Under the pieces are notes generated by a model, which ran no database searches, had not been told where the DNA came from, and saw nothing but the letters and a program-made list of their open reading frames with translations. DNA of 63,206 nucleotides, filler included, from Octopus bimaculoides (Eukaryota): assembly GCF_001194135.2 (NCBI RefSeq). It is 4 parts of 3 records of this genome, joined end to end, with 100 filler letters (N's around TTAATTAATTAA, not from the genome) between each part and the next. Parts side by side here need not be neighbours in the genome. Positions count along the whole stretch, not along the records: positions 1 to 13,209 come from NC_068984.1; 3 more parts are not named here. One strand, given 5' to 3'. Shown here in pieces: positions 1-13,309 of this stretch. Both the position numbers and the translations under genes were made by a program. Numbering within the stretch: the stretch's first letter is position 1; each line of letters starts with the position of its first letter.

Positions 1-35
<35 letters not shown>

Positions 36-157
36 CACATATACATATATATATATATACATATACATATATATGTATATAATATATATATATATACATG
101 TGCATGTAAATACGCACATCATGTATACACACATATAAATATATATAATATATATGC

Positions 158-201
<44 letters not shown>

Positions 202-589
202 CAGGCATTCAGGTATTTCGTGAACAACAGTATTGTTCATTTGTAGGGTTCCAACTTTTTTGCAATTGGCCAGTTATTGGTTCATTGCATCTCTGATGCC
301 AACAGTGACAAAAAAAGGTGTTTGCGCAATTCGAGCGGAATGAGAAATGCAACATGTTTTTTTTGTTGGACATGGCGATTTATCGGCCTTTTCTCACTGA
401 TGCGTATATCTTTCACTGATGCATATGCACGTTCGCGTGCACACGCACACACGCACACACACACACACACACAGTATGAACTTGGGCGTTTCGTATCGTT
501 TTAGTTTTTCCATCTTCTATAGAAACGTATTAATATCTTCTCTCATTAGTACGCCTCTTAGATAATATATTTATAGTATTACTAAGGTA

Positions 590-785
590 GAGAGCTAGTG
601 GAATCGTTAGCTTGCCTGATAAAATGCTAAGCAGCATCTCGTCCGGCTTTACGTTCTGACGGAGTCGGCTTTGGCTTTCATCCTTTCAGGTTCGATAAAT
701 TAAGTACCGGTTGAGTACTGGGGTTGATGTAATCGACTTAACCCCTTTCTCTGAATTGCTGGCCATGTGCCAAAACTCGAAACCA
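590..785 (+). mobile_element. SINE family B (tRNA head, GCCTTTCATCCTTTC.GGGTCGATAAATTAAGTACC core)
   Basis: Core block shared with many copies in the window; resembles the Meta/MESC SINE domain (inference from memory). Confidence 0.75.
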
Positions 786-960
786 ATATAGTTATACTAT
801 TATTAATATAAATAGGCATGACAGCTGTAACCAACTCAAGATGGCTGCGGTTGACAAGAGACCGCGGGTGGAATCCTTCCAAAGGCGAAGACTAATTCAT
901 TGCCCCACTCAGTTAAAAGCTTACAAGATAAGGGGCGAGATGCTTGTGACCCTGAGATAC

Positions 961-1075
961 CTGTTGATGATAAGGAAGTGTTCCGCTTTTACCATGGATT
1001 CAGAAAAGTTTGGAATACCACTGAATAGTTCCTGCAATTTCTGCGTAGTTAAAGCTTCGCCAATGTTTATTTCAC
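961..1075 (-). CDS. Candidate internal coding exon of an unidentified host gene
   Basis: tttAG|..|GTatct boundaries; single open frame GEINIGEALTTQKLQELFSGIPNFSESMVKAEHFLIINR; no family recognised. Confidence 0.3.
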
Positions 1076-1224
1076 CTAAATTCAAGTTGGAATTAAGTTT
1101 TACAAAGTTATGAATTTACGACAGGTTTACATGAAAAATGGAAATGAAATCAATAAAGTAACACTCGTTTAAATTCTTCAAAAATTAAATCGTAATTGAC
1201 GATGAACTTTTAAAGTATTTCGTA

Positions 1225-1474
1225 CTTTCTTTCATCACTTCTTCGTCTCAGTCATTGGACTGCAGCCATGCGGAGGTTTCGCATTGAAAGGTTTAGTCGA
1301 ACAGATCCATTCTAGAACTTATTCTTTAACTCTTGTACATATTTTATCTGTTTCTTTTGCTAAATCGTTAAGTAACGGGGACGTAAACAAACAAGCACTG
1401 GTTGTCAAGCGGTAGTGGGGGACAAGCAGATAGACAATATATATATATACATACAAACATAAATACATACATAT

Positions 1475-1521
<47 letters not shown>

Positions 1522-1692
1522 TATATATCTATATATCTATATATCTATATATATTATACGATTGGTTTCTATTTAGTTTCTGTCTACCAAATTTCCTCAC
1601 AAGGCATTGGTCAGCCCACACCTATAGCAGTATAACTGAACCCGAAATCATGTGGCTGCAAAGTGAGTTTCTTAACTGCACGGTCATACCTA
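1225..1692 (-). mobile_element. SINE family A (tRNA-derived, CORE-like, internal microsatellite), decayed
   Basis: Shared blocks cagtcatt.gactgc.gccatgc, acggggacgtaaac, tttcagtttc.gtctaccaaat. Confidence 0.8.
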
Positions 1693-2112
1693 CTCCTAAT
1701 AACAAGGGCCATATAATTAACCATCAATTATGGATAATATTTGTAGTGATATACTTAGTCAGCGAAACGCAATTCAACAGACGATGTAAAAGAAAAGCAA
1801 AAATAAAAAAAAAACAAATCGATGCAACAATACAGAATACGTCAACATAAATTTAATCCTTTACTCAATGCTTCATACTGAATATTAATTTCGATGATGG
1901 AATGAGGGGAAAAAATCCTTTTTCACAAAGACAATAGAGAATACTAAAAACTTAACTGGATCAAAACTATCAGCCTCTGGTTTATAATGGACAATAAATA
2001 ATTACGTCTAACCCAAAAAGGAGGAAAGATTAAGTTATTATAGAAAACAATTGAAGGAAAATTGTATTTCACGTGAATGATTGCACATTACAATGTAGCT
2101 TTTGTTTATGTT

Positions 2113-2169
<57 letters not shown>

Positions 2170-2564
2170 GCATATACATACACATAGGTCCATATGCGCT
2201 CGCGTATGTGAATAAGTGCATATGTGTGTACATGCGCGCGTGCATACCACGGCCCCCAGTTGGTAGAGTCGTTGAAGTGTCGGATTGATTGTTTTAAAGT
2301 AATCGTTCCGCTTTTTATGTTCAGAGTTCAAATCCCGTTGAGGGCGATTTCACTTCTTTTTCTCTTCAGGGTCGATAAATAAAGTACCACTCCTGTACTG
2401 GAGTCGATTACTCAGATCTAGTTGGTTTGGCTGCCAACATTTCACAAGTTTAAGTTCATCGAAAATTTTAAAATTTGGTACATTAATATACTTTTCCAAG
2501 CTGAATTGCTGGAGTTATTTCACTTTTTCAACAAAAATGTTTTTAAAAAACATACATACATATT

Positions 2565-2862
2565 CTTTTATCCTTTTACTTGTTTCAGTCATTAGACTGC
2601 GGCCAAGTTGGGGCACCGCCTTGAAGAATTTTAGTCAAATGAATCGATCCCAGTACTCTTTTCTTATTTTCTAAGCCTGGTACTTATTGTATCGGGGTGT
2701 TTTGCTGAACCTCTAAGTTACGGCGACGTAAACACACCAACATTGGTTATCAGGCGGTGGTGGACACACACACACACACACACACCACGGGCTTCTTTCA
2801 GTTTCCGTCAACCAAATTCACTCACAAGGCTTTGGTCGGCCCGAGGCTATAGTAGAAGACAC
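2565..2862 (-). mobile_element. SINE family A
   Basis: Same blocks; cut by gap. Confidence 0.85.
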
Positions 2863-3211
2863 NNNNNNNNNNNNNNNNNNNNNNNNNNNNNNNNNNNNNN
2901 NNNNNNNNNNNNNNNNNNNNNNNNNNNNNNNNNNNNNNNNNNNNNNNNNNNNNNNNNNNNNNNNNNNNNNNNNNNNNNNNNNNNNNNNNNNNNNNNNNNN
3001 NNNNNNNNNNNNNNNNNNNNNNNNNNNNNNNNNNNNNNNNNNNNNNNNNNNNNNNNNNNNNNNNNNNNNNNNNNNNNNNNNNNNNNNNNNNNNNNNNNNN
3101 NNNNNNNNNNNNNNNNNNNNNNNNNNNNNNNNNNNNNNNNNNNNNNNNNNNNNNNNNNNNNNNNNNNNNNNNNNNNNNNNNNNNNNNNNNNNNNNNNNNN
3201 NNNNNNNNNNN

Positions 3212-3550
3212 CTTGGGCAAGTGTCTTCTACTATAGCCTCGGGCCGACCAAAGCCTTGTGAGTGGATTTGGTAGACGGAAACTGAAAGAAGCCTGTCGTA
3301 TATATGTATATATATATATATGTATGTGTGTGTGTACGTTTGTGTGTCTGTGTTTGTCCCCCCAACATCGCTTGACAACCGATGCTGGTGTGTTTACGTC
3401 CCCGTAACTTAGCGGTTCGGCAAAAGAGACCGATAGAATAAGTACTAGGCTTACAAAGAATAAGTCCTGGGGTCGATTTGCTCGACTAAAGGCGGTGCTC
3501 CAGCATGACCGCAGTCAAATGACTGAAACAAGTAAAAGAGTAAAAGAGTA
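3212..3550 (+). mobile_element. SINE family A
   Basis: CTTGGGCAAGTGTCTTCTACTATAGCC (CORE-like) through tail GAAACAAGTAAAAGAGTAAAAGAGTA. Confidence 0.9.
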
Positions 3551-3574
3551 ATATATATATATATACATATATAA

Positions 3575-3770
3575 GCAAATTAATATGATCCATAAAAGAT
3601 AATAAGGAATATGAAATTACCTGGGAAATAATTAGTAGAGCCAAACCATATAGTAGAGGAAGCAAACGGTGGATATTGTGTGTTGAAATTTACCAAATTC
3701 TTACGCGAAAGTACAAATTAATAAACCATAGACGCGAGAAGGCGTATGATGTGTTCATATGTTAAAATAT
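3575..3770 (+). mobile_element. Penelope-like element C-terminal fragment
   Basis: SIKDNKEYEITWEIISRAKPYSRGSKRWILCVE...LINHRRE resembles the PLE EN C-terminus (I.W.II..A.PY....C.LC..E...LLN.R.E). Confidence 0.65.
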
Positions 3771-4479
3771 ACATTTAATCGATTTAAGTGATTGAATGAT
3801 ACGTAATACTAAAATTAGAATAGAAATCAAGTAAACAGCAGCAAGCAGAGTAGCTGATTAAATAAAATCCTAAAGAAATAAACTTAATAAGAAAAGAAAA
3901 TTTACGATATCCATGTAATTTATAATAGAATAATAGCTCATTATTAACAATAATAGTAATAATAATAAGAGTAGCAGTAGTAGTAGCAGTAGTGACAGAG
4001 GTGATGATAATAATAGTAACAACAATAACATCAGTTTCTTCGACTAAAGGCGGTGCTCCAGTATGGCCGCAGTCAAATGACTGAAACAAGTAAAAGAATA
4101 CATGTATGTATGTATGCATGTATATGTATGCATGTATGTATGTATTTATGTATGTATACACACATACAAAATCTCCCAAGTTCACCATCATACCTTATTT
4201 CCAACCGTATAATACTCATTCTTGTATAAGGTCTCACCCACATTTTCAGATAGAAAAATTGAGGAAAAGATTATATTTGAATTCAAGCAACAAATAATTT
4301 GTTAGGTTGTTTTTTTTTATCAAAAATGTTTTAATTCTTATGCGATGTAGGTACGATGAATAAAGTAGATCTATGGAAAAAAAATTATTGTAGTTTCAGC
4401 ATTCTGATGAAGAAAATATTTTTGAAAAACTTTTTAGATAGAAAAATAAGACTTTACAAATATATATATATATATATAT

Positions 4480-4661
4480 ATGACACTATTCAATTTTTTT
4501 TCTCCGTGTTTTTCTCCTTGTCTCCGTATTCTTTCTGTTGAAGAGCGTAGCTCGAAACGTCAAAGACTTTCCGTATTCCCGAGCGTCATACTAATACATC
4601 CTTTTGTTATTTACACCACCTGTCCTCGTCTGTTGTTGTTTTTTCGTATATTCTCCCATAT
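4480..4661 (+). mobile_element. Short Penelope pLTR-like repeat with HHR, next to (TA)n
   Basis: Homologous by eye to 44507-44705 in opposite orientation; cut by N gap. Confidence 0.6.
4530..4566 (+). ncRNA. Minimal type I hammerhead motif, CUGUUGA core
   Basis: TCTTT-CTGTTGA-A-GAGC-gta-GCTC-GAAAC-GTC-AAAGA; perfect stems I and II, palindromic minimal stem III (ACGU), GUC triplet, A6 replaced by U. Confidence 0.65.
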
Positions 4662-5212
4662 NNNNNNNNNNNNNNNNNNNNNNNNNNNNNNNNNNNNNNN
4701 NNNNNNNNNNNNNNNNNNNNNNNNNNNNNNNNNNNNNNNNNNNNNNNNNNNNNNNNNNNNNNNNNNNNNNNNNNNNNNNNNNNNNNNNNNNNNNNNNNNN
4801 NNNNNNNNNNNNNNNNNNNNNNNNNNNNNNNNNNNNNNNNNNNNNNNNNNNNNNNNNNNNNNNNNNNNNNNNNNNNNNNNNNNNNNNNNNNNNNNNNNNN
4901 NNNNNNNNNNNNNNNNNNNNNNNNNNNNNNNATTTCAATTCTGTATATTCTATATACCAATTTCTCTATTTATCTTATGTATCAGAGGTGACATATTTCG
5001 TTTGAGAGTATGTGGCTAGCTGTGAGTACGCGTCTTTGACAAGGTCTAATGCATCTGGCGTTCTTGCTAGCCACTGCTGGAACCAATTTAGTTTTCCTCC
5101 TATATATATCTATTGTGCTTTTAAACAAAGCAAGTCCATAAGAGATTCTATCTCTGGATGAATACTGCAGTAAGAAGCCTTTCAACGATGTATTTGCGTT
5201 AAGTATAAGACA

Positions 5213-5825
5213 TACATGGCTGTTCAAAATTTTCTTTTCTGCGACCTTCGAAATCCTTTGCTACTGCTCTCATCTTCATCATACGAGAAACCTGTTTCAC
5301 GCCAAGTTCATTGTGCGGAATATTCTCAACTCTCTCACGAGATATACCAATAGCATTGACTATTTGATTTATAATCAATAGCCCGTCGTACATCACCACG
5401 TGATGAACACGTTCAATGTTTTCTTCGGTGGTGGCAGTGGCGGGACGTTCAGACTTTGGTTTATCTTTAAGACTCCCCACTTCCTCTCCTAAATTCAGCT
5501 GCTCACTTTTGCACTGTTGATAAAGCTGGAGCGTCTTTCCCTAATGTAGCATCTCCGTCAACATGAATGTCCTAGGTGGGTGGCAGGGCTAAACCCTTCT
5601 TCTGGAGGTAATTGATAACACCACGACACCAAATTTTGTCCATTCTCAAGAGAAGCCATGACAAGTTACTTTTGAAGTCTCCTTTGAATAGTCAAACGTC
5701 AGTTTATCTGAAAAGAAACAATGCAGATATTAATAAGAAGAATTAAAATTAACGCATGCAAGATTTCACGGCTTTAGCATCACTCTTTCATAGTCAACTT
5801 ATGAACTGTTCAGCCCGCCCTCGTA
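5213..5825 (-). mobile_element. Mariner (Tc1/mariner DD34D) element, internally deleted
   Basis: MDKIWCRGVINYLQKKGL..APALSTVQK*AAEFRRG..SERPATATTEENIERVHHVV..GISRERVENI is a mariner N-terminal HTH region; TIR-like end TACGAGGGCGGGCTGAA at 5825; left end uncertain. Confidence 0.85.
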
Positions 5826-6020
5826 AATTATTTCAGCTTTCGTGCCACCTTCATAATAAATCATTTCAGCTTTCGCACATCTTGAAACATTTCACTATGA
5901 TCTCTCATCTTTCACAGCATCCTATGATGTCTTAACTTACCAGCCCACCATTACAGTACTGGGACCTTCATGTGTCCAGTTGTTATGTAGTAATGCTGAG
6001 ATGAATAATTTATGTATTTA

Positions 6021-6227
6021 CCGTACTTGATGGCATGTTACACACTCAAAGGTATTAGACGCACCCCAATTTTAGCAGCGCATATTCACGTAAAAAGGAT
6101 TTTAGTGCATTAAATCTTATGGGAAGCCAAACTTCGCATGTTGGACCCGGGGTGATCTTTTTGAGGCTTTTTTGGGGAGCGGGGAAGAAATTTGTGCTTT
6201 TATGCTATCGAATACGATATTTCATTC

Positions 6228-6266
<39 letters not shown>

Positions 6267-6580
6267 GTAAAAAAATTTCAAGAGCTTATTTACAGAAACA
6301 TCTAAAGGTTGTAATTGTGAAGTATGTCTTCCAGCTATGATTGCCAAAGTTGTTTCAGAATTCTGTAGCTTCATCTTCGTTGCTTCCGTAAGATGAGATC
6401 TAACTGAATTAAGTGCCTGTAGGAACAGCTTTTCAACATTTACTTTCATTTTTCTATTCATATTTTTTCGATGCAAAGATTCATCTTAACTTGATCCATC
6501 AATGTATGCACGAACATGTGTGCACCGAGAATTTTTCACTTTTGGAAGAGTTTTTTCGTTTGCTTATAACAGAATCTACG
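6021..6580 (-). mobile_element. pogo/Tigger-like transposase fragment
   Basis: KRKTLPKSEKF..LNSVRSHLTEATK..LAIIAGRHTSQLQPLDVSVNK matches the pogo DDE_1 motif (LQPLDVSVN); end TA-CCGTA at 6019-6025. Confidence 0.8.
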
Positions 6581-7855
6581 CTATACTTATTTAAGTAGAA
6601 TTTGGTTCATTTACTACCTTAAATACAGAAAAAAAAGTGACCAATTAGACAAACTTACAAATTAGCTGAACAGTTTTGTACAATAAATTTAAAAGATGAG
6701 AACTGCAAAGAGTGATAAATTAGAAGAACTGGCATTCTTTACCAAAATATTTTAAGTAAAAAGTTTCTTATTCTTTACTTTACTTGAAGTAATAGTTTGT
6801 CCTATACTTTTACAGGTGTAATAACTTGTCCTGTACTTTCCCAGGTTTATAATCTTAAGAATATTACTTTTCATGCTCGCATTTTTCCATGTAATATATA
6901 TATATATANNNNNNNNNNNNNNNNNNNNNNNNNNNNNNNNNNNNNNNNNNNNNNNNNNNNNNNNNNNNNNNNNNNNNNNNNNNNNNNNNNNNNNNNNNNN
7001 NNNNNNNNNNNNNNNNNNNNNNNNNNNNNNNNNNNNNNNNNNNNNNNNNNNNNNNNNNNNNNNNNNNNNNNNNNNNNNNNNNNNNNNNNNNNNNNNNNNN
7101 NNNNNNNNNNNNNNNNNNNNNNNNNNNNNNNNNNNNNNNNNNNNNNNNNNNNNNNNNNNNNNNNNNNNNNNNNNNNNNNNNNNNNNNNNNNNNNNNNNNN
7201 NNNNNNNNNNNNNNNNNNNNNNNNNNNNNNNNNNNNNNNNNNNNNNNNNNNNNNNNNNNNNNNNNNNNNNNNNNNNNNNNNNNNNNNNNNNNNNNNNNNN
7301 NNNNNNNNNNNNNNNNNNNNNNNNNNNNNNNNNNNNNNNNNNNNNNNNNNNNNNNNNNNNNNNNNNNNNNNNNNNNNNNNNNNNNNNNNNNNNNNNNNNN
7401 NNNNNNNNNNNNNNNNNNNNNNNNNNNNNNNNNNNNNNNNNNNNNNNNNNNNNNNNNNNNNNNNNNNNNNNNNNNNNNNNNNNNNNNNNNNNNNNNNNNN
7501 NNNNNNNNNNNNNNNNNNNNNNNNNNNNNNNNNNNNNNNNNNNNNNNNNNNNNNNNNNNNNNNNNNNNNNNNNNNNNNNNNNNNNNNNNNNNNNNNNNNN
7601 NNNNNNNNNNNNNNNNNNNNNNNNNNNNNNNNNNNNNNNNNNNNNNNNNNNNNNNNNNNNNNNNNNNNNNNNNNNNNNNNNNNNNNNNNNNNNNNNNNNN
7701 NNNNNNNNNNNNNNNNNNNACACACACACGCAAACTTTCAATATATAGATTTACTGAGATAGTACGTAAGCAGGGTTCGTGTATACATCATGTGTACAAT
7801 GTACGTAGTTCGTACGTGTGTATGTGTGTGGTATATGTGTATGTGTGTGTGTGTG

Positions 7856-7898
<43 letters not shown>

Positions 7899-9009
7899 AC
7901 GTATATGACGTAATTTGATGTGTTTGTGTGCTGTCTCTGGTTTTTAAATCGTTATATTGTATTGATTTTGCAAACACTGTGTGAAATGGTTCTACTTAAA
8001 CTACTGCCCACTACAGTAACGACCACGTCAATATACATGTGTAATGCTTGTCCTACCAGCTATCACACAGGAAATCTCGCTTGGAGCTCCTATGTATGTT
8101 GTTCATACTAATATTTATAGATACCAGCAGAATGATCGCCCACCGGGCGGTTTTCTGCCGGCCACTTGATAATATTTTCACATTTAATTCTTAATTCTAA
8201 TAATTTTTATGATATTGTCTGCCGTCGTGCCTTTGCTGCTAAATGTTCTCTGTCAGTTGCATATTTTATCATTTTCTTTCGGTTGAACCCGCAGAAATGC
8301 CAAAATGAACAGTTGGTTTTGTTCGTTAATTTCCGTAAAAACTTTTATTTATTTACTTTTGTTTTAAAGTGAAAGAGAGGAGAAAGTGAAAGATGTATGT
8401 ACGTGTATATGAAATGGATATGTGTGTGTATGTGTGTGTGTGTGTGTGTGAATGAGAGAGAGAGAGAGAGAGAGAGAGTGAGAGTGAGTGAAGGGGTGTG
8501 TGGGTATGTATACGTGCATACATAAATAAATATGCATACATCTTTTTGTATGTATGTGCGTGAGACAGAGAGAGAGAGAGAGAGAGTGTGACACTTAGAC
8601 ATCACTCTCACTGTCTCACACACACATACATGCAAAAAAGATGTATGCATATTTATTTATGTATGTACGAATACATGATAACACCCCCTCTCTGTCTGTC
8701 TGTCTGTCTGTCTCGCTCTCTCTCTGTCTCTCACAAACACACAAACACACATACATATAATGTATACAAACGTACATAAAAAAAAACACACGTGTGCGTG
8801 TATGACTGACTACGAATACATAGAGCTGAACACGGCGCGCAAAAAGTAAATAAACAAAAAATTGCTACGGAAATAAACGAAATGTGCAGGTTCAAACGAA
8901 AGAATGTCCATAATTTTTTGGACGCCCCATGTTGAATTGCAAAATTCTAATGTGATATTTGTGTAACAACGAAATTAAACCTGGAATGAGTGTGTTTATA
9001 TTAAAGAGA

Positions 9010-9086
<77 letters not shown>

Positions 9087-9855
9087 TTGAAAACAATGAA
9101 ATAAATATGAAATGAAAACATCGTATAAATAAAAGCTCATTAAAAACTATTTTGTACCAAATATTTAAATTTGTGAACTTGAAATATTCAATAATAAAAG
9201 GAAATTCAGAAAGTAAATCTTCTTCAAAACCTCAATTTATAAAAAATCTCACTTGCTTAGTAAATATTTCGTTNNNNNNNNNNNNNNNNNNNNNNNNNNN
9301 NNNNNNNNNNNNNNNNNNNNNNNNNNNNNNNNNNNNNNNNNNNNNNNNNNNNNNNNNNNNNNNNNNNNNNNNNNNNNNNNNNNNNNNNNNNNNNNNNNNN
9401 NNNNNNNNNNNNNNNNNNNNNNNNNNNNNNNNNNNNNNNNNNNNNNNNNNNNNNNNNNNNNNNNNNNNNNNNNNNNNNNNNNNNNNNNNNNNNNNNNNNN
9501 NNNNNNNNNNNNNNNNNNNNNNNNNNNNNNNNNNNNNNNNNNNNNNNNNNNNNNNNNNNNNNNNNNNNNNNNNNNNNNNNNNNNNNNNNNNNNNNNNNNN
9601 NNNNNNNNNNNNNNNNNNNNNNNNNNNNNNNNNNNNNNNNNNNNNNNNNNNNNNNNNNNNNNNNNNNNNNNNNNNNNNNNNNNNNNNNNNNNNNNNNNNN
9701 NNNNNNNNNNNNNNNNNNNNNNNNNNNNNNNNNNNNNNNNNNNNNNNNNNNNNNNNNNNNNNNNNNNNNNNNNNNNNNNNNNNNNNNNNNNNNNNNNNNN
9801 NNNNNNNNNNNNNNNNNNNNNNNNNNNNNNNNNNNNNNNNNNNNNNNNNNNNNNN

Positions 9856-10005
9856 TGTATGTATCCTTCCATCCATCGTCTCCGCCACTAGTCTTGTGAC
9901 ACTCGTAGAGATAGAGTCCTCAGCCATCTCTTCCATAGATTCCTATCAGAAACTACCGTCATTATACTTCTCGGCTGGATTCCCAAGCGTGACCGACTGA
10001 GACTA
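9856..10005 (-). mobile_element. RTE-like LINE 3' end
   Basis: Minus translation SIMTVVSDRNLWKRWLRTLS resembles the RTE ORF end (DR..WR); short 3' UTR ending in a simple repeat. Confidence 0.5.
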
Positions 10006-11149
10006 TACTCTTTTACTAGTTTCAGTCATTTGACTGTGGCCATGCTGCAGCACCGCATAATATATTTCCAACCTCTAACTCATAGATGAACCCCACCATA
10101 GCAGGCGATACACCTCTGAACTAGTTAACTTGCATGCCCGCAACCTTGGTCTCCACAGTCCACCCATTACATGCCCCGTCCCTCCACCTTCTCTGTCGGT
10201 CGTCACCCCTAATGTGTTTCAGCATAGCTCACAGAATTGTAACCGTCAGCAAACTCGTTTTCTTGGCGTTTTTGTTTTTTTTATTACGTAATTAATCAAA
10301 CTATTGATGTTCAAACTGAACATTAACCGCATCGATCACACCAGTATGGGTTGGCCTACAACAGCCACGAGCACTGTTCTTCCTCTGACAAATAAAATGT
10401 CTCTTTATTTCCCTCCAATTCTATTTCTCTCTTTCTCCCTCTCTCTCACTCTCTTTCCCCTCATACACACGCGCTCACACTTTCTCTCTTGCATCATGTA
10501 TATATTCATAAATATCTTTATGTNNNNNNNNNNNNNNNNNATATATATATATATATATATATATACGTATAATATATGTATAGACGGGGAGGGGAGAGAG
10601 TGGGGAAATATGTTTAAAAAGATGTAACATGAAACAGGTGGCGTGTATGAAGACACGCGCGTACATAGAAACAAACACACAAACACACACAGAGTTGAAC
10701 AACAATAAACGGCAACAACGACTACTATAAATATATTTAATCACCAATATCCTGCGTCGTTAAATCTGTTACGTAAACACAGACACACTCTCTACTTTTA
10801 CATTATTTCACCTCGTTTATAACGCCTACACACTTGCTTTCGTATTAACTTATCCATATAAAGAGACGTGTATAAACACATACATGTATACACAAACAAC
10901 AAAAGCACAAACACACACACACACACACATATATATGCACTCAAAAACATGTATACTTACTCACTGGGAAAGAGAAAGAAAATGAGAGATGGGAAAAAAA
11001 TATATACGCAATGCATGTACACATAGATATATATAACGTATTAAGACACGAAAAAAAAATGATTACCTATCACATATTAGTTGGCGTAAACCTTCATCGA
11101 TACATATATACGTACATACATCATACATACTTACATACATAAATCTCTT

Positions 11150-11377
11150 ATCTATTACTTGTTTCAGTCATTAAGCTGCGGCCATGCTGGGGCACTGTCT
11201 TGAAGAATTTTAATCTCACGAATGGACCCCAGTACCTAGCATTTTTTTTTAAAGGCCTAGTAATTTATTCAATAGGATTTTTCGCCAAACTGCTGTCACA
11301 GAAACATAAACAAACTAACACCGGTTGTCAAGTGGTGGTGGTGGTGGTGGGGTGGGGGTCACAAACGCAGACACAAT

Positions 11378-11451
<74 letters not shown>

Positions 11452-11800
11452 TATACGACGGGCTTCTTTCTGTTTCCGTCTACCAAATATATTGACAATG
11501 CTATCAATCCAAGGCTATACTAGAAAACACTCCTCCAGGCTGTCAGTGGGACTGAACCCGGGCCCAATTGATTTGAAAGCAAACTTCTAGCCAGACATTA
11601 TCATTTACTCGTATCAGTGATTCGACTGCGGCCATGCTGGGGCACCACCTCGAAGAATTTTAGTCGAGCAAATTAACCCAGTACTTATTTTAAAGTCTGG
11701 TACTTACTCTATCGCTCTCTTTCGCCGAACCGATAAGTTACGGGTGCGTAAACAAACCAACACCAGTTGTCAAGCGGTGGTGGGGCACAAACACACACAC
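11150..11800 (-). mobile_element. SINE family A, two tandem copies
   Basis: Family blocks repeated at 11150-11600 and 11600-11800. Confidence 0.8.
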
Positions 11801-12454
11801 GCACACTCATACATGCATACATACATACATGTTGTTTGGGACAGAGGGGCAATGGTATGTACCATCATAGAGGTCAGCTGCCCTGCGGATATAAATATCT
11901 CTTTGAAAATCAAAGGAAAAGAGAATATCCATGGACAACTGCTTCGAAACCTCCAGCTTCTAAATCCAGACTAATGAATTCATATTCATACCAATAATAA
12001 CTGGAGCACTAGATTTTGTTAGTAAAGGAGAATCTGGATAAACTGGGATTTCCAGAAACAAATCGACCGGCTAATTCGTACATCACAAGTGCAATCTGTG
12101 AGTGGAACAGTAAACATATGCAAGACTTTTCTCAAGTTTCAAATGTGAATTTGTCTGTGTTTACTACATCCCAAAGATGGAACCTTGTATCTTTGTTGGA
12201 AACCGGCTCCCTCCTCAGTAGAAGATTTATAATAATTAAAGAATAGAAGAGACATACATACATACATACATACATACATACATACATACATACATAGGTC
12301 TTTTCAATTTGGCTGTCAATTTTCGAAAATTCAAAGTTTATTGAAATTTTTAAAATTTGGTACACTAATGTAGTCTTCCAAGCTGAATCTCAGAAGATAC
12401 TCTTTTCTCTTTTTTTTTTTTTGCTAGAATATTTTTTATGCAGACATTCATACA

Positions 12455-12830
12455 GGCGTAGCTGTGTGAAAAGAAGCATACTTCCCAACCACATGGTTCC
12501 AGGTTCAGTCCCGCAGCGTGGCAAATTGGGAAAGTGTCTTCTTATAACCTCGGGCCAATCAAAGCCTTTGTGAGTGAATTTGGTAGACGGAAACTGAAAG
12601 AAACCAGTCGTATATATGTGTGTGTGTTTGTGTGTTTGTCCCCCCTCCATCGCTTGACAATCGATGTTGATGTGTTTACGTCTCCGTAATCTAGCGGTTC
12701 GGCATAAGTTACCGATAGAATAAGTACCAGGTTTTCAAAGAATAAGTCCTGGGGTCGCATTCTTCGACTAAAAGGCAGTGTTCCAGCATAGCCGCAGTCT
12801 AATGACAAATAAGTAAAAAAGTAAAAGAAT
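12455..12830 (+). mobile_element. SINE family A, near full length
   Basis: Head with B box GGTTCAGTCCC, CORE-like block and tail. Confidence 0.9.
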
Positions 12831-12889
12831 ACATACATACATACCATATGTGTGCGTATAAATTTGACGGGCTTCCACACGGTTTCCTA

Positions 12890-13209
12890 TTTCTTTATTA
12901 CCCACAAGGGGCTAAACATAGAAGGGACAAACAAGGACAAAGGGATTAAGTCGATTACATCGAACCCAGTGCGTAACTGGTACTTAATTTATCGACCCCG
13001 AAAGGATGAAAGGCAAAGTCGACCTCGGCGGAATTTGAACTCAGAACGTATAGACAGACGAAATACCGCTAAACATTTCGCCCGGTGTGCTAACGTTTCT
13101 TATCTTTTTACTACCCACAAGGGGCTAAACACAGAGGGAACAAACAAGGACAGACAAACGGATTAAGTCGATTATATGGACTCCAGTACGTAACTGGTAC
13201 TTATTTAAT
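12890..13209 (-). mobile_element. SINE family B, two tandem copies with variant tail
   Basis: Core block; tail ..TTGTCCTTGTTTGTCCC..TAGCCCCTTGTGGGTA. Confidence 0.85.
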
Positions 13210-13309
13210 NNNNNNNNNNNNNNNNNNNNNNNNNNNNNNNNNNNNNNNNNNNNTTAATTAATTAANNNNNNNNNNNNNNNNNNNNNNNNNNNNNNNNNNN
13301 NNNNNNNNN
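13210..13309. other. Artificial scaffold join 44N-TTAATTAATTAA-44N (also 35147-35246 and 60071-60170)
   Basis: Identical 100-bp format three times; the 12-mer gives stops in all six frames. Confidence 0.95.

Noticed and set aside
841-1113. 90-aa plus-strand ORF
   Set aside because: No recognisable motif; the opposite strand gives a better exon candidate
13254-13265. Conserved TTAATTAATTAA motif occurring three times
   Set aside because: Always centred in exactly 44+44 Ns, so it is an assembly linker
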